Source: an uncultured Desulfarculus sp.
GTDB lineage: Bacteria; Desulfobacterota; Desulfarculia; Desulfarculales; Desulfarculaceae
Length of the DNA stretch: 64,000 bases
Assembly (NCBI GenBank): GCA_963665125.2
Contig: CAXXUK010000001.1
Location: 2,592,001-2,656,000 of the forward strand
Direction: 5' to 3'
Position 1 is the first letter of the stretch, and the number at the start of each line of letters is the position of its first letter. A model generated the notes under the pieces. It ran no database searches. It saw only the letters and a list, made by a program, of their open reading frames with translations, and was not told the DNA's origin. Positions 1 through 9,610 of this stretch are shown in pieces. The translations under genes and the position numbers were made by a program.

Positions 1-2
1 TC

Positions 3-1424
3 TTATTGCAAAAGGGCGACTGGGTGGAGACCCGGCCCATCAAGGGCACCAGGCCCCGCATGAGCGACCCGGCCCGGGACAAGGCCATGCGCGATGAGCT
101 GACCTCCAGCAAAAAGGACGACGCCGAGCTTTCGATGATCGTGGATCTATTGCGCAACGACATCGGCAAGAGTTGCGCCGCGGGTACGGTCAAGGTCACC
201 GAACACAAGCGCCTGGAGGCCTACCGCAACGTCTATCACCTGGTCTCCCTGGTTGAGGGCCGTCTGGCCCCGGACAAGGACACCGTCGACCTGATCGAGG
301 GCTGCTTCCCCGGCGGGTCCATCACCGGCTGCCCCAAGATCCGCTCCATGGAGATCATCGACGAGCTGGAGCCCAACCGCCGCCACATCTACACCGGCAG
401 CATCGGCTATCTGAGCTTCCATCAGACCATGGACCTGAACATCGCCATCCGCACGGCCACCATCCACAAGGGCAAGATCTATTTCTCGGTGGGCGGCGGC
501 ATCGTCTATGATTCGGACCCGCAATCGGAGTTCGAGGAGACCCTGCACAAGGGCCGCACCCTGCTGGACGCCTTTGGCGGGGCGACCGGAAAAGCAACGC
601 CCGAGCCCATGGTCTGGCTGGGCGGCATCGTCCGTCCGGCCTCGGGCGCGCGGGTCTGGGCCGACGACCGGGGCCTGTTGTGGGGCGACGGTTTTTTCGA
701 GACCATCCGCTGCGACGAGGGCAAGCCACGCCTGATGGAGGCCCATCTGGCCCGTTTCGGCCGCACCTGGAAGACCCTGAATTTCGGCCCGGAGCCGGAC
801 ATCACCTGGGATGAAGTCATCGCCCAGCTCCTGACGGCCAACGGCCTGACCAGCGGCGCGGCGGCGGTGAAGCTCCTGGCCACCCGCGGACGCCTGGCCC
901 ACACGCCGGACCTGGGCCGCGCGGCCCGGCCCACTCTGTTGGTCAGCGCCCGGCCCTACCACGGCCGCAAAACCATGGGCGGCGGCGACGGCCTGGCCCT
1001 GGCCACTTATCCCCACCCGCGCCAAAGCCCCCTGGCCGGTCACAAAACCACGAACTATCTATACTATCTCCAGGCCGCCAAGTGGGCCGCTGCCCAAGGC
1101 GCCGACGAGGCCCTTGTCCTCAACCCAGACGGCACGGTAAGCGAGACCAACACGGCCAATATCGTGGCTATTTTCGGCGACACCGCCGTCACCCCGGCCT
1201 CGCCCCACGCCCTGCCCGGCGTGATGCTGGCCAGGGTCCTGTGGCTGCTGGGCCGCTGGGGCTACGGGCAACTCAGCCGTCCCATGACTCCCGGTGAACT
1301 AGCCGAGGCCGACGCGGTGATCCTGACCAACTCCCTCATGGGCGCGGCTCCGGTTTCGGCCATCGACGGCGCGGCCGTGGCCCAAAGCGATCTGTGGCGG
1401 CGCATCAACGGCGCAATCTACTAA
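3..1424 (+). CDS. pabB: Aminodeoxychorismate synthase component I fused to class IV aminotransferase/ADC lyase (PabB-PabC fusion), 5'-truncated by the window edge
   Basis: Chorismate-binding motifs TRPIKGT, ELSMIVDLLRNDIG, FPGGSITGCPK, NIAIRT; then DRGLLWGDGFFETIR, HKTTNY, SETNTANI, LPGV, TNSLMG of PLP class IV enzymes. Frame is open to the window edge. Confidence 0.88.
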   Translation, partial: LLQKGDWVETRPIKGTRPRMSDPARDKAMRDELTSSKKDDAELSMIVDLLRNDIGKSCAAGTVKVTEHKRLEAYRNVYHLVSLVEGRLAPDKDTVDLIEGCFPGGSITGCPKIRSMEIIDELEPNRRHIYTGSIGYLSFHQTMDLNIAIRTATIHKGKIYFSVGGGIVYDSDPQSEFEETLHKGRTLLDAFGGATGKATPEPMVWLGGIVRPASGARVWADDRGLLWGDGFFETIRCDEGKPRLMEAHLARFGRTWKTLNFGPEPDITWDEVIAQLLTANGLTSGAAAVKLLATRGRLAHTPDLGRAARPTLLVSARPYHGRKTMGGGDGLALATYPHPRQSPLAGHKTTNYLYYLQAAKWAAAQGADEALVLNPDGTVSETNTANIVAIFGDTAVTPASPHALPGVMLARVLWLLGRWGYGQLSRPMTPGELAEADAVILTNSLMGAAPVSAIDGAAVAQSDLWRRINGAIY

Positions 1425-1564
1425 AACCGTCGTCTTTTGCGGCCGGAACCTCTTTTAATCCGCACTAATAAAGAATTAGAATAGAAAGCGTAAACGCAAG
1501 ACCGGCCCTCGTCTATGCAGGGGCCGGCGACCGGCCACGCACAATTTAAGGGAGCTTAGTTGAT

Positions 1565-3553
<1,989 letters not shown>

Positions 3554-3572
3554 GCCCACGGGCTCAATTCCG

Positions 3573-3601
3573 CGCCCCGCCCGCCGGGCGGGGCGTTTTT
3601 T
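3573..3601 (+). terminator. Rho-independent terminator of acs
   Basis: cgccccgccc-gcc-gggcggggcg followed by T6. Confidence 0.85.
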
Positions 3602-3719
3602 GTCTCCCCCGATACGATTTTCCTCGACAACCCAAGACCCGATCGGGTTTTTATTAGAAGGTCTTGCTGATTTTTCACCCTACCGGGCTCCATCATCCAA
3701 ACCGAAAGGAGTTGTGATC

Positions 3720-5429
3720 TTGGCCGTCAAACCCGCAGGCATCACCTACGGCGTCGATGACAAACCGCCGGCGGCTTCGCTTTGGATGCTGGGATTCCAG
3801 CACCTGTGTGTGGTTTCGATCTCCCTGGTGTTTCCGGTGCTCATAATCCGCTCTTTTGGCGGCACTCACGCCCAGGCCGATTTCGTCATCGACATGTCGC
3901 TGTTGGCCATGGGCATCGGCACCATCGTTCAGGCCTTGAAAAAGGGCCCCGTCGGTTCCGGCTATTTGTGCCCCCAGCTATGCGGACCTTCGTTCATAAC
4001 GTCTACAATGATGGCGGGCCAGTTGGGCGGCCTGCCGTTGATCTTCGGCATGAACCTGGTAGCCGGGGTGACCGAAGGCCTTTTTTCGCGGTTGTTGCCC
4101 CGCCTGCGCAGGCTGTTCCCCACGGAGGTCACGGGCCTGATCGTGGCCATGGTGGGCATCACCGTAATCCCCACGGCCATGCGCATCCTGCTGGGCCACA
4201 CCGCCGAGCACCCGGGCATCCGCCTCGACTATCTGGCCGTTGGTGGGGCCACCATGGCCATCATGATCGGCCTGAACGTCTGGACCAAAGGCAAGATCAG
4301 GCTGTTCTGCGTGATCCTGGGCATGGCCTCGGGCTATGCCATCAGCGCGGCGGCCGGCCTGTTCGAACCCCACGAAATCGAACACCTGGCGACCAGCCAA
4401 TGGATCGACTTCCCCCTGCTGGAGCATCCGGGCTGGTCCTTTGACGCACGTTTGATCCTGCCGGTGGTGCTGGCCACTCTCTGCTCCAGCCTCAAGACGG
4501 TGGGCGATCTGGCCACCTGTCAACGGATCAACGACTCCGAGTGGCAAAGGCCGGACATGTCCAATGTTCAACGGGGCGTGCTGGCCGACGCCGTGGGTTG
4601 CATGGCCTCCGGCGTGGTGGGCGGCCTGGGCATGAGCACCTCGTCGTCCAATATCGGCCTGTCCATCGCCACCGGGGCCACCAGCCGTTATATCGCCTTT
4701 TCCATGGGCGCCCTGGCCTTGCTGGCGGCCTTCAGCCCCAAGCTGGCCTCGATCTTCACGGTGATGCCCGAACCGGTGATGGGCGCCACCATGGTCTTCT
4801 CGATGTGCTTCATGGTGGTGGCCGGCTTCCAGATGGTGATGTCGCGCATGCTCGACGGCCGCAAAACCTTTGTGGTTGGTCTGTCGTTGATCGTGGGCCT
4901 GTCGGTGGATGACCTGCCCGGCGTCTACACCCACTTGCCCGAGTGGCTGGCCCCGGTGTTCGGCTCCTCGCTTTCGGCCTCGGCGGTGACGGCAATCGTG
5001 ATGAACCTGATCATGCGAATCGGCATCGCCCAAAAGGTGGCCATCGATATCGAGGCCAAGCCAGGCGCCCAGAGAGAGGCCCTGGCCTTTCTACGGAAAA
5101 ACGGCGCGGCCTGGGCCGCCCGCAGGGAAGTCATCGACAAGGCCGGCGACGCCCTAAGCGAACTGGTTGAAACCCTGGTCGTCCACGACATGGCCTTTGG
5201 CGAAATGCGGCTGAAGGCCTCATTCAACGAACTCAACCTGGCAATCAGCGTGGAATACGACGGCGAAGCCCTGGATCTGCCCAAGGAACCGCCCGAGGCC
5301 GAAGCATTGATCAGCGACAAACGGGCCCACCGCAACCTGGCCGGATTTTTAATCAGGCAATACGCCGACAAGGTGGAACTAAGCCAGACCGGAGGCCGCC
5401 AGTTGGTGAGCCTGCAATTCACCCATTAA
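3720..5429 (+). CDS. NCS2 (xanthine/uracil) family permease with C-terminal anti-sigma-factor/HATPase-like domain
   Basis: YGVDDKPP, TM1 QH, signature SNIGLSIATG, many TM helices, soluble ~130-aa C-terminal domain. Start moved from 3600 to TTG 3720 behind AAGGAG. Confidence 0.85.
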   Translation: MAVKPAGITYGVDDKPPAASLWMLGFQHLCVVSISLVFPVLIIRSFGGTHAQADFVIDMSLLAMGIGTIVQALKKGPVGSGYLCPQLCGPSFITSTMMAGQLGGLPLIFGMNLVAGVTEGLFSRLLPRLRRLFPTEVTGLIVAMVGITVIPTAMRILLGHTAEHPGIRLDYLAVGGATMAIMIGLNVWTKGKIRLFCVILGMASGYAISAAAGLFEPHEIEHLATSQWIDFPLLEHPGWSFDARLILPVVLATLCSSLKTVGDLATCQRINDSEWQRPDMSNVQRGVLADAVGCMASGVVGGLGMSTSSSNIGLSIATGATSRYIAFSMGALALLAAFSPKLASIFTVMPEPVMGATMVFSMCFMVVAGFQMVMSRMLDGRKTFVVGLSLIVGLSVDDLPGVYTHLPEWLAPVFGSSLSASAVTAIVMNLIMRIGIAQKVAIDIEAKPGAQREALAFLRKNGAAWAARREVIDKAGDALSELVETLVVHDMAFGEMRLKASFNELNLAISVEYDGEALDLPKEPPEAEALISDKRAHRNLAGFLIRQYADKVELSQTGGRQLVSLQFTH

Positions 5430-5487
5430 AAAACCGGAGCCGCGATAATCGCGGGGCCCCGGCAATCAATTTAAGGCTTGCCGCCGG

Positions 5488-6375
5488 TTATGAGAGCATC
5501 ATGGCCAGGCGGCGGTCTTTTTCGGCCCACAGTTCGTTGAGCCATTCCTGGAAGCGCTGGCGGAACTCCAGGTCGTTAAAATAATCGCCGATATACTCGG
5601 CGCTGATGGGCATGGCGCTGACCTGCACCTTGATTTCGTTGACCTTGCCGCACAAAAGCTTCCACATGCCGCCGACGCCCTTGGGATAGGCGATGGTCAC
5701 ATCCAGCAGCTTGTTCATGTGTTCGCCCATGGCGGCCATGGTCACGGCTATGCCGGCGGCCTTGGGCTTGAGCAGGTAATCATAAGGCGAATCTTGCACG
5801 GCCTTTTTCTGCAAGGAAAAACGGGTGCCTTCCACGAAATTCATCACCGAAATGGGAATGTTCTTAAATTTCCTGCAGGCCTTGATGGTGGCCTTGAGGT
5901 CCTTGCCCGCCAGATGCGGTTTTTTGGCCAGTTTGGCCTTGGAATAGCGCTTCATGAACGGAAAGTCCAGGGCCCACCAGGCCATGCCCATCACCGGCAC
6001 GTAGCGCAGTTGCTCTTTGAGGAAGAACTTCAGAAACGGGACTTTGCGGTTGAATATGCGCTGCAGGACCAAGATATCAGTCCAGCTCTGGTGGTTGGAA
6101 AGCACCAGATACCAGTCTTTGCGGGCCAGGCCTTCAAGCCCCTCGACCTCCCATTCGATGCGGTTGAACAAGCGTAGCACCGAGTTGTTAAGGGAAATCC
6201 ACAAGGTGGCAATATTATTTATCACAACGTCGCAAACCTTGCGCCAGGGTCTCCAGGGAATTATCAGCTTGAAAAATGCCGCTATCAATAAAATGGGGAC
6301 CAAGATCAAGGTATGGGTGAGGATCAAGGTAAAGGCGAAGACGCCTTTGACAGGGCCGGGCAACAAGTTGAGCAT
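5488..6375 (-). CDS. Lysophospholipid acyltransferase (YihG-like, PlsC superfamily)
   Basis: NHQSWTD, FFLKEQL, NFVEGTRF, LLKPKAAG, LLDVTIAYP; ATG 6375 behind AAAGGA. Confidence 0.92.
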   Translation of the reverse strand: MLNLLPGPVKGVFAFTLILTHTLILVPILLIAAFFKLIIPWRPWRKVCDVVINNIATLWISLNNSVLRLFNRIEWEVEGLEGLARKDWYLVLSNHQSWTDILVLQRIFNRKVPFLKFFLKEQLRYVPVMGMAWWALDFPFMKRYSKAKLAKKPHLAGKDLKATIKACRKFKNIPISVMNFVEGTRFSLQKKAVQDSPYDYLLKPKAAGIAVTMAAMGEHMNKLLDVTIAYPKGVGGMWKLLCGKVNEIKVQVSAMPISAEYIGDYFNDLEFRQRFQEWLNELWAEKDRRLAMMLS

Positions 6376-6568
6376 CGCTGTTCCTTTTTCAAAAAAACGG
6401 TGTCTCATATAAATGGTCAGCCAATTATATCCATATTGATCAAACAGTCAAATCAGTCTTTGGCTGAATATTAAACCCGTGAAGAAGCCCGGCAACCGGC
6501 TATTCAGCCGCCGCAACGAGGTCCGCCAGGGATAATCCACAATTAACTGCCTGTTTGCCATCTGCCTT

Positions 6569-7093
6569 TCAATCATCGGCCGGTGACCGGCCCGGCAGCT
6601 GGCAAGACGCAGGCTGGTCTTTGTTTTTCCCGTCTTTGAAAAATTTAAGGGTGGACATGAAATAATTGGCAAAGCCTTGCAGCCTAACGATTTTATCAAT
6701 ACAGGCCGCTTCTTCCGGTCGAAAAGTCCGGTTAAATTCGTCGAGCCACTCTCCGGAGAATCTTTCGCCGTCGGCAAAAGTGGCCTCCCGGGCATACATC
6801 AAGGCGAGCCAAAGTTTCGGTTCAAACTCTTCCCGGCGCAGATAATGCAGCTTTTGCTGCTGTTCGGCGCTGATCCCCAACCGCCGACCGGCGGCTTGAT
6901 GATGGTTGGTTCAAGCGGCGCAGTCGTTGGTCATCGAAACGCACAGCATAACCATCTCCCGGACATGCGGGGGAACCGTCCGCAGCGCCTTTACGGTGGA
7001 AGGGCCGCGCCGAGCCGTATCAAACCGTTGCCAGGCGTCACGCCAGGAAATAAAGCGTCTGGGCCTCAACATAGTGTTTTGTTCTGGCACCAT
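6569..7093 (-). CDS. AhpD/carboxymuconolactone decarboxylase-like selenoprotein (CxxU), UGA at 6913-6911 read as Sec
   Basis: ORFs 6911..7111 and 6569..6880 are in the same frame, joined by one TGA, giving REMVMLCVSMTNDCAAU-TNHHQAAGRRLGIS (AhpD pattern VSxxNxCxxCxxxH). SECIS-like hairpin follows. Start uncertain (7111/7093/7072). Confidence 0.82.
6873..6903 (-). promoter_or_regulatory. Bacterial SECIS-like stem-loop
   Basis: mRNA after UGA: ...AUCAUCA-A-GCCGCC-GGUC-GGCGGU-UGGGGAU; loop GGUC begins after a 21-nt spacer from UGA. Confidence 0.72.
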
Positions 7094-7476
7094 TTCCGCA
7101 ACTTTTACCAATAATGATCCCTAATACTAAAACAGTTAGATCGCCTAGAATTCAGGCAGTAAAGCCAGGAATTTTACGCACTTTTTGAATTATACAAGGC
7201 GAATTAAATCGTTACAAGCAAACAGAACATAGGCGCACCTAGGCGGACAAACTTGTTGTAATTGTGAACCCAAAAAAACTCTGATTTCAAGCCAAAGTTA
7301 CTTTGCGAAAAGATGCACGTAATGTTACTGTTTGACGTTGTAATTAGAATGTAGGGCTAATAGTAGCCTGAGATCCAAAGCCGGCAGGGGTAGCAATCCG
7401 GCCGAGGGCAAGCACCATCTACAAGCACTGTTAGTCGCCCAATCCCGCATAGCACCAGTGGAGGAGAAGCGAGATT

Positions 7477-9054
7477 ATGAGTGACCCAAGCACCAATAGA
7501 AATGCCGCTCAGGCTGGCGGCCTGCCCCCCATGCCCGACACTATCGTTGTCGCGCCAGAGAAGAAAAAAGTCGATGTAAAACGGCTGATTTTCATGTTTC
7601 TGGGCTTTGCCCTGTTCGCATTGTTTTTCTATCTACCCGATTTTGACGCGGCCGTGGACCCCGCCGGCAAGGCCTATCCGCTGTCCAGGGAGGCCCAGAT
7701 GGCCTTGGGCCTGTTCCTGCTGGCCAGCACCTGGTGGATCTTTGAAGTCGTGCCCATCGGCGTGACGTCGATCATGATCGGCGTTGTCCAGGTTTTGTTC
7801 ATGATCCGCCCGGCCAAGGACGCCCTGTCTGATTTCCTATCGCCGCCGGTGTGGTTCATCTTCGGCTCGCTGATCCTGGGCACGGCCTTTACCAAGAGCG
7901 GCCTGACCCAACGCATGGCCTACAAGATGCTCAACCTTGTGGGCGAACGCACATCCATGATCATGCTGGGCTGTTTCATCACCATCGCCCTTATGACCCA
8001 TGTCATGGCCCACACCGCGGTGGCCGCGGCCATCTTCCCCCTGCTGGTGGCCATCCATGCCCTGTACACCGACAAGGAAGGCCCCACCAAATTCGGCAAG
8101 GCCCTGTTCATAGGCATGGCCTACGTGGCCGGCGCCGGTTCCATCTGTACGTTCCTCGGAGCGGCCCGCGGCGTCACCGCCGTCGGTTTCTTCAAGGAGA
8201 TCACCGGATTCGACGTGGCCTTCTTCGAATTGTCCACCTTTATGATGCCCGTGGGCTGGATCATGATTTTCCTGCTCTGGGGCTTTTTCATGATCTTCTT
8301 CAAGCCTGAAAAGCCGCGTATCGAAAACCTGCGCGAACGGGTGGCCGAGCTAAGCAAGGGCCAAGGATCCATGAGCGTCCATGAGTGGATCGTGCTGGGC
8401 ACGACCCTGGCCGTGGTGGGCATTTTCATGGCCAAGAGCCTGATTCCGCCCGACGTTGCCGCCCAGGGCGGTCTGGCCGGCGTGATCAAGGGCATGAGCC
8501 GTCCCGGCATCATTCTTATATCCACCATGGTGTTTTTCTGCACCAAGGTCCTTGATATCGATGACCTGGAAGCCATTCCGTGGAACATCATTCTGCTGTT
8601 CGGCGGCGCCATGAGCATCGGCTACTGCCTGTGGCAGATAGGCGCGGCCAACTGGCTCGCCGCCCATTGGATGAACATGTTCTCCTCGGCTCCGCCGCTG
8701 GTGTTCATCCTCTCCATTGCCTTCCTGGTGCTCATGATGACAAACTTCATCATGAACGTGGCGGCAATCGCCATCTGCCTGCCGGTGGCCCTGGTCGTGG
8801 CCAAATTCATGGGGATCAACTCGTATGTGATCCTCTTCGCCTCGCTGGTCACCGCGGGCATGCCGTTCAACCTGCTGATTGGAGCGGCTCCCAACGCCAT
8901 CGCCTACGAGTCCAAGCAATTCACCACCGGTGAATTCTTCACTTGGGGCTGGGTGGCCAACGTAATATTAATGCTCGTGCTCACCGCGGCCATCCTGGTC
9001 ATCTGGCCCATGTTGGGACTTTCCATGAACACGCCCATGGGCCCGTTGGGCTAA
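7477..9054 (+). CDS. SLC13/DASS family anion permease
   Basis: WWIFEVVPIGVTS, MAHTAVAA, IPWNIILLFGGAMSIG, NFIMNVAAIA, GAAPNAIAY; ~13 TM segments; GGAGGAG RBS. Confidence 0.9.
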   Translation: MSDPSTNRNAAQAGGLPPMPDTIVVAPEKKKVDVKRLIFMFLGFALFALFFYLPDFDAAVDPAGKAYPLSREAQMALGLFLLASTWWIFEVVPIGVTSIMIGVVQVLFMIRPAKDALSDFLSPPVWFIFGSLILGTAFTKSGLTQRMAYKMLNLVGERTSMIMLGCFITIALMTHVMAHTAVAAAIFPLLVAIHALYTDKEGPTKFGKALFIGMAYVAGAGSICTFLGAARGVTAVGFFKEITGFDVAFFELSTFMMPVGWIMIFLLWGFFMIFFKPEKPRIENLRERVAELSKGQGSMSVHEWIVLGTTLAVVGIFMAKSLIPPDVAAQGGLAGVIKGMSRPGIILISTMVFFCTKVLDIDDLEAIPWNIILLFGGAMSIGYCLWQIGAANWLAAHWMNMFSSAPPLVFILSIAFLVLMMTNFIMNVAAIAICLPVALVVAKFMGINSYVILFASLVTAGMPFNLLIGAAPNAIAYESKQFTTGEFFTWGWVANVILMLVLTAAILVIWPMLGLSMNTPMGPLG

Positions 9055-9087
9055 ACGGCGGTTGTCGCAGGTCAAGGAGTATATGGA

Positions 9088-9591
9088 ATGAATAAGCCGA
9101 CCGAACAAAAAAAAATCGTGAGGGACCTTGTAATCCCTCTAACCGATTATCCTCATATGCCTTATTGGGCCACCCTCAAGGAAGCCGTGGTCCAGTTGAC
9201 CGTGGCCCAGCAAGGGTTGACCCCCGCCGCCCGCCGCAAGACCATCCTGGTCTTTGACGAAGCCTACCGCCTGCAGGGCATGCTGGCCATGCGCGACATC
9301 CTGCAGGGCATCGAGCCCAAGTTCTCCAAGGGGTACGGCGAGGGCATCAAGGTCTTCTGGGAAGACCTATACGCCCACACCGCCCGCGAACAGCTGGGCA
9401 AGGCCATCAGCGAGTTCATGACCCCGGTGGCCGCCACTGTGGAGGCCAACGAAAACCTGCTTAAGGCCAGCCACATCATGTTGTCGCAGGAAATAACCCT
9501 GTTGCCCGTCATGGAGGAAGGGACCGTGCTTGGCGTTATCAAACTGGAAGACATCTTCCAGGAGATAAGCATGACGATCCTCTCCATGTAA
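9088..9591 (+). CDS. CBS-domain protein
   Basis: Paired CBS-like segments (ILVFDEAYRLQGML; LLPVMEEGTVLGVIKLEDIF); AAGGAG RBS. Confidence 0.85.
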   Translation: MNKPTEQKKIVRDLVIPLTDYPHMPYWATLKEAVVQLTVAQQGLTPAARRKTILVFDEAYRLQGMLAMRDILQGIEPKFSKGYGEGIKVFWEDLYAHTAREQLGKAISEFMTPVAATVEANENLLKASHIMLSQEITLLPVMEEGTVLGVIKLEDIFQEISMTILSM

Positions 9592-9610
9592 CCACTCACG
9601 GAAGCATTAC

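Noticed and set aside
7085..7100. TGGCAC-N5-CCGCA sigma54-like site upstream of the DASS operon
   Set aside because: Weak -12 element, overlaps the probable coding start of the selenoprotein gene and lies ~380 nt from the ATG; insufficient support
6569..7111. Interpretation as a nonsense-mutated pseudogene or two small genes
   Set aside because: The stop is UGA, sits exactly at the catalytic Cys position and is followed by a SECIS-like hairpin; Sec read-through is more parsimonious
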